From positions 8,147 to 72,146 of the forward strand of contig CACGTA010000001.1 of NCBI GenBank assembly GCA_902575815.1: a stretch of 64,000 nt of DNA. Reading direction: 5' to 3'. The position numbers were made by a program, and so were the translations under genes. A model generated the notes under the pieces. It was not told where the DNA came from. It searched no databases and saw only the letters and a list, made by a program, of their open reading frames with translations. The first letter of the stretch is position 1; each line of letters starts with the position of its first letter. This document shows, one piece after another, positions 25,570-35,423 of the stretch. Source of the stretch: an uncultured Alphaproteobacteria bacterium. Lineage in GTDB: Bacteria; Pseudomonadota; Alphaproteobacteria; HIMB59; GCA-002718135.

Positions 25570-26844
25570 TTATCTGTAATCTTTTAGTATTTTATCAATT
25601 TCGGCATGCGCCTCTAAAAGAGCAGTTTTAGGATCTTTTTCCCCAGCAACTGCTGCTTCTAACGCTCTATTAAAAATTGAAACAGTTTTAGGTTGCTCGT
25701 AGGTCGAAAATTCTGGACCTGCATACTCCAACTGATCTCTTGCAACAGCTGGATATGGAAATTCTTTTAAAAATTCTTTCATTTCATCAGACTCCCAAGT
25801 CTCAGCTCTAGGTGCAACATAACCAGTGGCTTTTGTCCAGGCAACAGACTGTTTAGGTTCTGTTATCCATTTTACAAAGTCTTTTGTTGCTTGCTGTTCC
25901 TCTTCTGTAGTGTCAATTGATAGATAAAAATTTCCTCCTCCAACTGGTGCTCCAAATTGTTTAATACCAGGAATGAAAGCTACACCCCAATCAAACGGAG
26001 CATTATTTCTGACGTTTGTCAGATTTCCAGTAGTAGTCCACATCATTGCAGTTTGACCCTCAAAAAATGCCTGTGGAGTAGATCCCCATTCAAGTATACC
26101 TGGTCTCATCACCCCTTCAGTAGTACTAAGAGCTACAAGTTTTTCTAATGCTTCAATGGCTTCTGGTGAATTAATATATGTTTCAGTGCCATTATCGTTC
26201 ATAATTTTTCCACCATTGCCATAAACAATTGCACTAAATAACCAGTATGGAAAACCAGCAGATGGAATTCTTATTCCGTATTGACTTACATTTCCATCAG
26301 AATCTTTGATTGTTAATTTTTTTGCAACTTCTAGCTGTTCATCCCAAGTCTTAGGTGGATTTTCAGGATCTAATCCCGCAGCTCTAAAAGCGTCCTTATT
26401 GTAATAGAGTACTGGTGTTGATCTTTGAAATGGAATCCCATAAGTTTTACCATCAACTTGACCATTAGCCATAAAAGCAGGATAAAAACCACCTATCCAA
26501 TTATCAATTTCGTCTTGAGTTAATATATCGTCCCAAGCCATTACACATTCTTCGTCTATATATTTAAAAATTGTAACAGCAATCATAACTGATGTTGCAG
26601 GAGCTGTTCCAGATTTACATGCTGTTAGAAATTTAGTATCTGTATCTGTATAACTTCCTGTGAAAACAGCTTTCACATTTACATCTGGATTTAATTTTGT
26701 GTAATCTTCTGCAAATTTCTCAATTGCCTGAGCAGCTCCACCACCTACAGCGACTGGAAAATAAAATTCTAGGTCAATAGCCCTTACACTTAATGATGTT
26801 ATTACCACGGTTAAAGAGATAATAAGTAATTTAATTATATTCAT
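25570..26844 (-). CDS. Family-1 extracellular solute-binding protein, UgpB-like (glycerol-3-phosphate/glycerophosphodiester candidate)
   Basis: It has a signal peptide, is 424 aa, and carries the YGIPF.RSTPVLYYNKD block typical of CUT1 binding proteins. It is divergent from a GpdQ-like diesterase. Confidence 0.75.
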   Translation of the reverse strand: MNIIKLLIISLTVVITSLSVRAIDLEFYFPVAVGGGAAQAIEKFAEDYTKLNPDVNVKAVFTGSYTDTDTKFLTACKSGTAPATSVMIAVTIFKYIDEECVMAWDDILTQDEIDNWIGGFYPAFMANGQVDGKTYGIPFQRSTPVLYYNKDAFRAAGLDPENPPKTWDEQLEVAKKLTIKDSDGNVSQYGIRIPSAGFPYWLFSAIVYGNGGKIMNDNGTETYINSPEAIEALEKLVALSTTEGVMRPGILEWGSTPQAFFEGQTAMMWTTTGNLTNVRNNAPFDWGVAFIPGIKQFGAPVGGGNFYLSIDTTEEEQQATKDFVKWITEPKQSVAWTKATGYVAPRAETWESDEMKEFLKEFPYPAVARDQLEYAGPEFSTYEQPKTVSIFNRALEAAVAGEKDPKTALLEAHAEIDKILKDYR

Positions 26845-26893
26845 TATAAATCTCCTATTTTTATCAATGAAATTTTTTTGGTTAAGATATAAA

Positions 26894-26911
26894 TATTAAT
26901 ATTTTGTTAAA
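26894..26911 (-). promoter_or_regulatory. Pho-box-like phased heptamer pair upstream of the Ugp-like operon
   Basis: The minus strand reads TTTAACA-AAAT-ATTAATA. Confidence 0.3.
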
Positions 26912-26985
26912 TTTTAACTAATTTATTTTTAAATTTTTTAATTCTTTTTTATTATTTTTTTTTTATGTATATTTATTAAATATTT

Positions 26986-27780
26986 ATGATGAAAATTATT
27001 CACCTCTCTGACCCCCATATTCATACAAATGAATTATTTGGCATAAACTCTGTAGAAAGATTCAAATGTGCTTTAGAACACATTGTTTTAAATCACCGTG
27101 ATGCAGATATGTTTGCTATAACTGGTGATATAACAGACATTGGAGATGAAGATTCTTACAATCTGTTTAAAAAAATAATAAAAGAATTTAATCTACCCCT
27201 AAACCTTGAACCAAAACTAATACCTGGTAATCATGACAATCGTGAAAATTTTAAAAAAACTTTAAATCATGTGCCAACTGATAGTAATGGATTTATCCAA
27301 TACTACGATGACTATAAGAATAATAGATTTATTTTTATAGATACTCTAGAGCACGGAACACACATTGGTCATTATACGTTAAAAAGACAAGAATGGTTGA
27401 TTGATCTTTTAAATAACACAGATGATAATAAAGAAATTTATATATTTATGCACCATAATCCATTGGCACTGGTTAGAGATGAAAGCGATGGTATTGGATT
27501 AAAACATAAAAAAGAATTTAAAGAAATATTGATTAGTAAAAAAAATATTAAACATATTTTTTTTGGTCATCAGCATATTACTAGTTCCGGATCATATCTT
27601 GGTATAAGTTTTTCCTCGCCAAGGAGCACATGGTCACCTCTAATACCAAATTTTTCATCTGAATATAGGCTTGGTTTAGCTAATACTGATCCAAATTACA
27701 ATGTAGCAATTTTAAATAAAAATGGAATAGTAATTCATACTGAAGATTTTTTAAAAACAGAAGTTAATTGGTTTAAATAA
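26986..27780 (+). CDS. Metallophosphoesterase, GpdQ/CpdA-like (glycerophosphodiesterase candidate)
   Basis: Motifs HLSDPH, GDITD, PGNHD, IFMHHNP and FFGHQH. It is 264 aa. Confidence 0.7.
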   Translation: MMKIIHLSDPHIHTNELFGINSVERFKCALEHIVLNHRDADMFAITGDITDIGDEDSYNLFKKIIKEFNLPLNLEPKLIPGNHDNRENFKKTLNHVPTDSNGFIQYYDDYKNNRFIFIDTLEHGTHIGHYTLKRQEWLIDLLNNTDDNKEIYIFMHHNPLALVRDESDGIGLKHKKEFKEILISKKNIKHIFFGHQHITSSGSYLGISFSSPRSTWSPLIPNFSSEYRLGLANTDPNYNVAILNKNGIVIHTEDFLKTEVNWFK

Positions 27781-27783
27781 AAA

Positions 27784-28890
27784 TTATTTTTTTTCGATTA
27801 CAAATATTTCATTGTTAAAATAAAGACCTTTATTTTTAGCAACAATATTTTGAACTACTTTTTCGTAATTTTTTGTTTTTTCTACCTTCATTACTTTATC
27901 ATCATCCATTTGATTGACATATATGGAGGCATTCCAAGCAGAAAAAACTAATGATGTCGCTATACCTCCACTGATTTCTGTTGGTAGAGCTCTCAATTTA
28001 CATTTAATAATTCTTTTTTCTCCAAAAGATAAACTACTTAATAAATCTTTATCTAAATTTTTCTTAAGATAAGAAATGATACTATTTCCAAGAGAAGGAA
28101 AAGGGTCCTCTTTTGGCCAAATTTTACGAATTATTTCATTAGCAGGATCTTTTCCTGAAGCATGAATGGTTAATAATTTCCCTTTTGATTTTAATGCTCT
28201 AATCATTGGTTCGATAACGTATTTTGATTTCTTTTCTGCTGAAATTCTTGAACGATAAGGCTGTGAAGCAATAATAAGATCAAATTTATTATCTGATTTT
28301 TTTTTGGTAGGAATTAATTCATTAACATTAAATTCTTGATCTTCGCGGTAGATAACCATGACTGAAGGCTCTTTATAAGTATGGTTACCTGACTTTTTAT
28401 TAATTTCTATATTCCATTTTTTTTCTAAAAATTCATTTTGTTTTCTTAATTGTTGAGCAAATTCAAGAGAAGTGTCACCTTTTAATTTAATAATATTCCA
28501 ATTAATTTTTTTCTGTTTAACTTCATTTTTTGATTTTAGGTTTGCGGCTTCAGCGTAGTGTAGATTTGAAATGACAAAAACGGTATTCTTATGTTCAACA
28601 AACCTATCGGGTAATTTTTCTAGACCTAATCTTACATCTTCTATGCTTATTTCTTTTGTGCAAACTAATAAAGGTACGTTAGGCCTGGCCTCGTGGCACT
28701 GACGCATAACATTCATAAGTAAGGAACCATCACCCATACCAGCATCAAATATTTTTATGCCAGGTTTTTGAGGTTTAATTTTATTTACGTGAGGGCGTAT
28801 CGCATCGGCAATTTGATTTTTTTCATTTGTTGTTGTGACAAATAATAAATATTTTTGTCTGTTATCATAAAACCTAAAATTTTTTTTCAT
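27784..28890 (-). CDS. Class I SAM-methyltransferase-like protein, function unknown
   Basis: IFDAGMGDGSL (motif I-like), DLIIASQ and GKLLTIH blocks. It is 368 aa and starts 2 nt after the Fe-ADH gene. Confidence 0.4.
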   Translation of the reverse strand: MKKNFRFYDNRQKYLLFVTTTNEKNQIADAIRPHVNKIKPQKPGIKIFDAGMGDGSLLMNVMRQCHEARPNVPLLVCTKEISIEDVRLGLEKLPDRFVEHKNTVFVISNLHYAEAANLKSKNEVKQKKINWNIIKLKGDTSLEFAQQLRKQNEFLEKKWNIEINKKSGNHTYKEPSVMVIYREDQEFNVNELIPTKKKSDNKFDLIIASQPYRSRISAEKKSKYVIEPMIRALKSKGKLLTIHASGKDPANEIIRKIWPKEDPFPSLGNSIISYLKKNLDKDLLSSLSFGEKRIIKCKLRALPTEISGGIATSLVFSAWNASIYVNQMDDDKVMKVEKTKNYEKVVQNIVAKNKGLYFNNEIFVIEKK

Positions 28891-28892
28891 TA

Positions 28893-30005
28893 CTAATAAA
28901 GTCCCATTGATTTAGCAGAAGAGATGAAGGCTTCTTTATTGCCAATAAAGTTTTTACCTCGTTCCCCTAAAAACGCATCATCTACTATATTATTCCATTC
29001 TTGAACAGGAACTTTTATTTCATTTAAGTTAAGAGGAACCTCTAAAGAACGCATAAATTCACTCAGATGATTTGCAGCATTCTCTAGATTATCGTTAAAA
29101 ATTAATTTTAGTCTTTCTTCAGCGACACTATCAATTCCAACCATACTTTTAGTAATCATCGGTAAAGTAAATGAACAAGCAATACCATGCTGAATACCGT
29201 AATTGAGTGTCACGGGGTATGATAGATTATGCGCAATAGCAGTTTTCGTATTGGAAAACGCTAAGCCAGCATGAACGCACGCCAATGCAATGTTTGAACG
29301 TAATTCAATGTTTCTTAAATCTTTAGCGAGAAGTGGTAAATTTTCTAATACTAATTTTGATGCTTGTATTGCATGTGAAGCAGAAACTGGGTTTGCATTA
29401 ATATTCCAAATACTTTCCATTGAATGGGAGAGAGCATCTAAACCAGTTGAAATGGTCAAGCCTAAAGGTTTATCAACCATAATAGATGGATCGATAATTG
29501 CTTTTTCTGCATAAAGAGATTTATGCACCAAAGATAATTTATTATTGTTTTCTTTATCCCATATTGTGGCCCAACACGTAAGCTCACTTGATGCTCCTGA
29601 AGTTGTAGGTATTGCAATAATCTTGATTGGATTTTCGACTCTTGGATTTTTCTTATTACGAACGAAATCTGTTAGATATTCTTGTTTATCTTTAAATGTA
29701 GCAATTGCTTTAGCTGTGTCTGTAACAGAGCCACCACCTATAGCTAAAATATAATCTACCGATTCATTGATTGAAGAAAATTTATTTTGCAACTCTAAAA
29801 TATCCTTATAATCTGGATTAGGCTGAACATCGGTCATAATGGATAAAGGTGGGTTTGAAGAAAATTTTAATTCATCGCTATATTTTTTAAAAATTTCCTC
29901 TGGATGAGTGATTATGATGTAGTTCTTATTTTTAAGAGCATCATGCACTTCTTTAAATCTATTTTCTCCAAAGATAATTTCAACAGGGTTAAAATAATTC
30001 CACAT
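28893..30005 (-). CDS. Iron-containing alcohol dehydrogenase, phosphonate-associated type (phosphonoacetaldehyde / 2-hydroxyethylphosphonate oxidoreductase candidate)
   Basis: Fe-ADH blocks GGGSVTDTAK, PTTSGASSE and the His cluster (ALSHSMES, AHNLSYP). A phosphonate-linked Fe-ADH subfamily is established. Confidence 0.75.
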   Translation of the reverse strand: MWNYFNPVEIIFGENRFKEVHDALKNKNYIIITHPEEIFKKYSDELKFSSNPPLSIMTDVQPNPDYKDILELQNKFSSINESVDYILAIGGGSVTDTAKAIATFKDKQEYLTDFVRNKKNPRVENPIKIIAIPTTSGASSELTCWATIWDKENNNKLSLVHKSLYAEKAIIDPSIMVDKPLGLTISTGLDALSHSMESIWNINANPVSASHAIQASKLVLENLPLLAKDLRNIELRSNIALACVHAGLAFSNTKTAIAHNLSYPVTLNYGIQHGIACSFTLPMITKSMVGIDSVAEERLKLIFNDNLENAANHLSEFMRSLEVPLNLNEIKVPVQEWNNIVDDAFLGERGKNFIGNKEAFISSAKSMGLY

Positions 30006-30009
30006 TACC

Positions 30010-31089
30010 TTAAATTGATTTTGCCGCTTTAGTTAAAATTGTCATTTTCTCAATTGCTTGTTCTCGCGTGAAGAAACCTAAACCACAATCTGGTGCAGCT
30101 ATTAAACGGTGTTCATCAATATGTTCAAGTGAATCTTTGATACGAACTCTTACTTCTTCAACAGACTCCATTCTACTTTTTGCAATATCAATAAATCCAA
30201 AAATTACTTTTGTTTTAGTAAATTTTTCTAAAAGATTTAAATCATTATGCCTATGTGAATCTTCTAAAGATACTTCATCAATAGTTGAATCATCTACCAG
30301 TGATGCAATTCTATCATAAGCATCTAGATCAGCCTTTTTATACCCTTCTGAATCTAATGAGTTAGGATAACCACAACAAATATGGCAAACGCGTTGCACT
30401 TCTTTAGGAATACCATGCATCATTCTTTCTAAATTTTCCATACCATATGAATGAGCTTCATCGGGTTTTCTAGCAAATACTGGTTCATCAATTTGAATAT
30501 ACTGACAACCTGCATCCACAAGTGCCTTAATTTCTTTATTGAGAGCTAATGCTAAATCAAAACCAAGTTTTTTCATGTCATCATAGTAATTGTTGGCAAT
30601 TGAATCTGTAATTGTCATTGGTCCAGGTAGCGTAATTTTAACTGGGTTTTTTGTAAATTGTTGTGCACTCTTCCAGTCTAAATGCATACGTATTTCTTTA
30701 CTTGAAATCGGTGCAACAATAGTTGGAAGGTCAGCTTCGAACGCACCTTGTCTTACTGACTTATGTGTAACTTCCTTAAAACTTACTCCATTTAAAAATC
30801 TGCATTGATATAATACATAACTCTCGCGTCTGACTTCTCCATCTGTTGGAACATCAATACCTGCATTTACTTGATCAGTTATAACTTCTTTAATTGCTGC
30901 TAAAAATAATTTTTCAGCATCTGCACCTGCAGACTCTAATGCTTTTTCATATGCGCCAGGTGACCAATTTGATAATAATCCTTTTGACGCTTTTCTCTCT
31001 TCTTCTGATTTTGTCCCTAAAAACCAATCTTGAATAGGTGTTTGTTTCGGTTTTGGATAAGCACCTATTGTAGTTGTTGTAAGAGGCAT
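30010..31089 (-). CDS. MetE C-terminal-domain-like (cobalamin-independent methionine synthase family) Zn-thiol alkyltransferase
   Basis: 359 aa. TTIGAYPKP N-terminus, HICCGY (His/Cys) and APDCGLGF (Cys) zinc-ligand motifs of the Meth_synt_2 fold. Confidence 0.7.
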   Translation of the reverse strand: MPLTTTTIGAYPKPKQTPIQDWFLGTKSEEERKASKGLLSNWSPGAYEKALESAGADAEKLFLAAIKEVITDQVNAGIDVPTDGEVRRESYVLYQCRFLNGVSFKEVTHKSVRQGAFEADLPTIVAPISSKEIRMHLDWKSAQQFTKNPVKITLPGPMTITDSIANNYYDDMKKLGFDLALALNKEIKALVDAGCQYIQIDEPVFARKPDEAHSYGMENLERMMHGIPKEVQRVCHICCGYPNSLDSEGYKKADLDAYDRIASLVDDSTIDEVSLEDSHRHNDLNLLEKFTKTKVIFGFIDIAKSRMESVEEVRVRIKDSLEHIDEHRLIAAPDCGLGFFTREQAIEKMTILTKAAKSI

Positions 31090-31112
31090 CTATTTTTACT
31101 CCCATTTAAATT

Positions 31113-31146
31113 TAAAATAAAACAGCGGCTTTTATAAAGCCGCTGT
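31113..31146 (-). terminator. Intrinsic terminator/attenuator hairpin after the second binding-protein gene
   Basis: ACAGCGGCTTT-TAT-AAAGCCGCTGT is a perfect 11-bp stem, followed on the minus strand by TTTATTTTAAA. Confidence 0.7.
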
Positions 31147-31176
31147 AATAAAAAGTTAATAATAAATAATCTCAAA

Positions 31177-32430
31177 TTACATAAGATCGTTTATTTCTTC
31201 CATCATTTCTTCTTGGAGATCACCCATATCATCAGCGTCGCCTGTAGCAATTTCTTCCGTGTAATCATAGATTACCTGTGTAACAGCTAATCCATTTTCT
31301 CCAGGATATGCAAACCAATCTGCAAGAAGTGGAAGTTGTTCAACTGCAGTAAGTTTATTAGGGTTTTGAGTATAGAAATCACCTAATAATTCATTCGCTG
31401 CTTTGTTTGGTGGAACATATCCAGTTGTTTCAGCAACTAATGCAGCACCGATACCTGATGTAATGAACTTTAAGAAAGTCCATGCAGCATCAACTCTTGC
31501 TGGATCATCAGATGTAGACACTAACATTGCAGCGTTTCCACCTGCTGGTAATCTTGCTGGTGTTCCATTGTTTACTCCAGCCATTCCAGGGAATGGTGCA
31601 GTTTTTAAAACAAAGTCTGCCTTTGCAGCATTAACTGAACCCAAGCTTGAAGTAGACCAGAACATCATACCAATAGTACCTGCGTTAAACGCAGCTTGAC
31701 CATCAGCAATTGAATAGTTTGGCATATTACATCCGCTCATGATTGCTTTCATTTGCTCTAACGTTGCAAGTCCTGCATCACCACCCATATTTACAGCTCC
31801 ATCTTTAACCATTGGAACATTCTGAGTGTGCATTAATGCTTGGTGGAACCAGTTACCTGTGATGTTCCAACCAAAGTATAGAGTTCCTTTACCTGCTGCT
31901 TCCAATTTATTACATGCTGCAATAACTTCGTCCCAGTTAGTTGGAATACTATTTACACCTGCTTCAGCTAATAAATCCATGTTATAATATCCAACTGGCG
32001 TTGATACAGAAAATGGTAATCCATAAACTTCACCACCAAATGTTGAAAGACTTAACATAGCAGAATGGTAACCATCTTTTTCAAAAGCAGCTTCTTTTGC
32101 AATAAATGGCTCTAAAGACTTAGCAATACCTTTGTCAACTAGAGGTGCTTGTCTGTTAAGACCTTGCATTGTTACATCTGGTAAATTACCTGAAGTAGAC
32201 TCTCTGAAGATTGTTGCAGTTGCATCCTCATAGTTTTCATAAGTTGCTCTAAATTTAACTTGAATATCTGGATGTGCTTTTTCAAACTCTGGCATAATAG
32301 CTTGAAACGTTACATCGAATAATCCTGAATAAGGATAAGCTACTTCTATTTCAATAGACTTAGCTGAATTAACAGAACCATAAAAACCAAAAGCTAATAC
32401 GGCAGCCAATCCTGTAATTAATTTTTTCAT
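31177..32430 (-). CDS. Family-1 extracellular solute-binding protein (CUT1 type), ligand unknown; phosphonate candidate by context
   Basis: It has a signal peptide, is 417 aa, and carries the YGLPFSVSTPVGYYN block. It is visibly richer in GC and in preferred codons than its neighbours. Confidence 0.75.
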   Translation of the reverse strand: MKKLITGLAAVLAFGFYGSVNSAKSIEIEVAYPYSGLFDVTFQAIMPEFEKAHPDIQVKFRATYENYEDATATIFRESTSGNLPDVTMQGLNRQAPLVDKGIAKSLEPFIAKEAAFEKDGYHSAMLSLSTFGGEVYGLPFSVSTPVGYYNMDLLAEAGVNSIPTNWDEVIAACNKLEAAGKGTLYFGWNITGNWFHQALMHTQNVPMVKDGAVNMGGDAGLATLEQMKAIMSGCNMPNYSIADGQAAFNAGTIGMMFWSTSSLGSVNAAKADFVLKTAPFPGMAGVNNGTPARLPAGGNAAMLVSTSDDPARVDAAWTFLKFITSGIGAALVAETTGYVPPNKAANELLGDFYTQNPNKLTAVEQLPLLADWFAYPGENGLAVTQVIYDYTEEIATGDADDMGDLQEEMMEEINDLM

Positions 32431-32481
32431 TTAATCCTCCCGATTGAATATAATAATTTAATCTAACATGTAGCACCAAAG

Positions 32482-32499
32482 GGTTACAATTTTATTACG
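32482..32499 (-). promoter_or_regulatory. Pho-box-like phased heptamer pair upstream of the second binding-protein gene
   Basis: The minus strand reads CGTAATA-AAAT-TGTAACC, with one mismatch in each half. Confidence 0.3.
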
Positions 32500-32566
32500 A
32501 AAATATTACTAAAAAATAAGCTTATTTTTCCACAGCAATAAAGAAAAATTAGAGAAAAAATGATTT

Positions 32567-34009
32567 TTACCAGGGTAGTGAGAAGGTTTTTACATTAGTA
32601 AAGCTTTTCATTGCTTCAATTACACCTTCTTTATAACCAAGTCCTGAATCTTTAATTCCTCCAAAAGGAGACATTTCAATTCTATAGCCTGGAACTTCCC
32701 AAATATTTACAGTGCCAACATTTAAGCCTTGAATATATTTTTTTGCTCTCATGAAGTTATTTGTGCATACACCAGATGATAATCCGAATGCGGTTGAATT
32801 AGATATTTTCATTACAGCTTCATCGTCATTAGGCACACGAATGATTGGTATAACTGGACCAAATGTTTCTTCTAAAACTAATTCACTTTTAGGATCAACA
32901 TGATCTACAACTATTGGAGGTAACAAAGCACCCTTTCTTCCAGGGTGATATAAAATTTTTGCACCGTCTTCTTCAGCCATAGAAACTCTTTTATCAAAAA
33001 GTTCTGCAGCTTGAGCATTAACAACAGTACCTAAGTCTGTTTCCATATTCATAGGATCACCAAATTTAATTTTCTTAGCACGCTCAAGAGCCATTTCAAC
33101 AAATTGATCTGCAATGGATTCTTGAACCAATATTCTTTTTACAGCTGTACAACGTTGACCAGAATTTTTCGTTGCTCCAGTAACAGCTAGTTCAACAGCT
33201 TTTTTAAGATCATCACCATCTAAGTCATTTAAAACAATTAATGGATCATTACCGCCAAGCTCTAGTACTGTTCTTTTGTATCCAGCTTGTTCAGCAATTA
33301 ATTTTCCTACACCCACACTGCCTGTAAAAGTAATTAGATCAATGTTTGGATTTTTGATCATTTCTGATCCAATGTCTTGAGGCCATCCAGTTACAACTGA
33401 AAACATTTCAGGTGGTAAACCTGCTTCATATAAAACATCGGCGAGTACCATTGCTGTTAAAGGTGTTAATTCTGTTTGTTTACATACAGTACAATTATTA
33501 GTTGCAATTGAAGGTGCAATTTTATGCGCTACCATATTCAAAGGATGATTAAATGGGGTGATTGCTGAGATTGCCGTTAAAGGTTCTCTTATGGTAAATA
33601 TTTTTCTGGCTTTTCCATGTGGAGTTAAATCACAAGAAAATATTTCTCCATCATCATGAATACAAAGTTGAGCCGTTAATGAAAATACATCGAAAGCTCT
33701 TCCTACTTCGTATAAAGAATCTTGTTTTGAGATACCAAGTTCTAAAGTAATAATATCAGAAATTTCTTCTTTTCTTTTAACAAGTACTTCTGCAGCAGTT
33801 TGAAGAATTTTTTGTCTCTCATATCTTGTAAGTTTAGGCTGATAATTTGCAGCTATATCTAAAGCCTTTCTTGCATGCTCTGCGGTACCGGCTGGAACCG
33901 TTCCGATTACTTCACCTGTAAAAGGGTACTCAACATTTATTGTTTTATCTGAAGTAACTTTTTCTCCAGCAATACGCATTGCTTCATTAATCATTTTTTT
34001 GTGCATCAT
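32567..34009 (-). CDS. phnY: NAD-dependent aldehyde dehydrogenase, phosphonoacetaldehyde dehydrogenase candidate
   Basis: 480 aa with ALDH blocks ELGGNDP and GQRCTAVKR (catalytic Cys). It overlaps phnA by 4 nt. Confidence 0.75.
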   Translation of the reverse strand: MMHKKMINEAMRIAGEKVTSDKTINVEYPFTGEVIGTVPAGTAEHARKALDIAANYQPKLTRYERQKILQTAAEVLVKRKEEISDIITLELGISKQDSLYEVGRAFDVFSLTAQLCIHDDGEIFSCDLTPHGKARKIFTIREPLTAISAITPFNHPLNMVAHKIAPSIATNNCTVCKQTELTPLTAMVLADVLYEAGLPPEMFSVVTGWPQDIGSEMIKNPNIDLITFTGSVGVGKLIAEQAGYKRTVLELGGNDPLIVLNDLDGDDLKKAVELAVTGATKNSGQRCTAVKRILVQESIADQFVEMALERAKKIKFGDPMNMETDLGTVVNAQAAELFDKRVSMAEEDGAKILYHPGRKGALLPPIVVDHVDPKSELVLEETFGPVIPIIRVPNDDEAVMKISNSTAFGLSSGVCTNNFMRAKKYIQGLNVGTVNIWEVPGYRIEMSPFGGIKDSGLGYKEGVIEAMKSFTNVKTFSLPW

Positions 34010-35247
34010 AGGGCTCCATTTATTGCATAATAAAATGCATCATAGTTATATAATTGTTTGCTAGTATCTAAGTTTTGTAATTTTAAATTTGATATGAATG
34101 GCACTTCTCTTTCATGGAGTCCTCCATGAGAACGTAAAGGTTCATTTAATCCAGAAAGATTGTGTTTATCTTCCGATGAACCAATAGTCATAAATTCTGA
34201 AGACATACATATAATATCTCCCATTCTATCAGGAGGTAAATTGTAAGTAGAGCATCCTTCATCTTTTGTTAAAACAACTTCTATATCTTTTATTTCTTTA
34301 ATAGCATTTACAACTGAATCTACCTTGCTCTTGTCTTCTAAATAAATTGTTGCAAAAGAACCAAGTGAACCATGATGAACAACATATGGATCTGTAATTG
34401 GTAGGATGACTTTAGCCATGTTTGGTTCAAATTTTTTATCTAAATAATCTTGTAAAAATATTGCATTAGGTGAACCATCTTCTTTTGATTTTGGTTTCAT
34501 TCCGTGATCTGCTGTGATGATTATAGAAACATTCTCCTTATTTAAAAGACCAATATATTTATCAAACATTGCATAAAATTTATTTGCTGTTTCATTTCCC
34601 GGTGCATATTTGTGTTGAATATAATCCGTAGTCGATAAATACATAATATTTGGTTTAAACTCTTCAAGAAGTTTTACACCTGCAGCCATTACAAATTCAG
34701 AGAGTCCTTCAGAATATACTTCTGGCACTGGCATCCCCAACCAATCGTTTACATTATCTATACCATTGAGATCTTTTGTTGCTTGATCAGATTTTTCAGC
34801 AGAAAAACAAATAGCTCTCTCATCATCAAAACTTAATCCGTTTCCTAAAAGTGTTCTCAACTTGTCTTTTGCAGTAACAAGAGCAATTTTAGAACCAGAA
34901 TTGTAAAATTTTTCAAAAATAGTTGGTGCTCGCATATATTTTGGGTCATTCATCATTACTTCTTCACCAGTCTCAGGTGTATAAAAGAAGTTTCCGCATA
35001 TACCGTGTACAGAACTTGGTTGGCCTGTTACAATCGAAATGTTATTTGGATTTGTAAAACTTGGAATAGCGCTGTGAACAAGTAGGTTTTCACCACTTGC
35101 AATTAATTTATCAAGATTTGGTGTAAGATTAGATTTTGATGCTTCTTCGAGATACTCTTTTTGACTGCCATCAAGGCAAATCACAATAGCAGTTTTTGAA
35201 AAATTACTTGGATATTCTCTTTTATTAATTTCTAAGTTATCGGACAC
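34006..35247 (-). CDS. phnA: Phosphonoacetate hydrolase (alkaline phosphatase superfamily)
   Basis: 413 aa. [14 protein letters not shown]-terminus, TADHGM metal site and NPP/AP-superfamily layout match PhnA-type hydrolases. Confidence 0.75.
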   Translation of the reverse strand: MSDNLEINKREYPSNFSKTAIVICLDGSQKEYLEEASKSNLTPNLDKLIASGENLLVHSAIPSFTNPNNISIVTGQPSSVHGICGNFFYTPETGEEVMMNDPKYMRAPTIFEKFYNSGSKIALVTAKDKLRTLLGNGLSFDDERAICFSAEKSDQATKDLNGIDNVNDWLGMPVPEVYSEGLSEFVMAAGVKLLEEFKPNIMYLSTTDYIQHKYAPGNETANKFYAMFDKYIGLLNKENVSIIITADHGMKPKSKEDGSPNAIFLQDYLDKKFEPNMAKVILPITDPYVVHHGSLGSFATIYLEDKSKVDSVVNAIKEIKDIEVVLTKDEGCSTYNLPPDRMGDIICMSSEFMTIGSSEDKHNLSGLNEPLRSHGGLHEREVPFISNLKLQNLDTSKQLYNYDAFYYAINGAL

Positions 35248-35337
35248 GAATTCAACTAATATATATTATTAAAAATACGAATTTATAGTTATCTGCTAGT
35301 TAAACTCAATGATAATTTGAATATTTGTTAATAAAAT

Positions 35338-35355
35338 TGAAATAAAACTGAAATA
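35338..35355 (+). promoter_or_regulatory. Pho-box-like perfect heptamer pair in the phnA / ABC-ATPase divergent spacer
   Basis: The plus strand reads TGAAATA-AAAC-TGAAATA, then 8 nt, then TAAAAT (-10-like). Confidence 0.45.
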
Positions 35356-35423
35356 AATAGATTTAAAATATTCTCAAATTTAATAAAATTTTGTAGATTA
35401 AAGTTAACATAGAGGGGGAATGA

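Noticed and set aside
28893-30005. The Fe-ADH as part of a methylphosphonate or 2-hydroxyethylphosphonate biosynthetic pathway (a Pdh-like step).
   Set aside because: No PEP mutase, phosphonopyruvate decarboxylase or MpnS/HepD-like dioxygenase is present anywhere in the window. The neighbours are catabolic (phnA, an aldehyde dehydrogenase and an importer). A catabolic or funnelling role is more parsimonious.
35392-35409. A further phased pair, TGTAGAT-TAAA-GTTAACA, just upstream of the ABC ATPase gene.
   Set aside because: It ends 14 nt before the GTG and lies upstream of the GAGGGGGA ribosome-binding site. It cannot occupy a -35-replacing position for this gene. I treat it as AT-rich background or, at most, as an auxiliary site.
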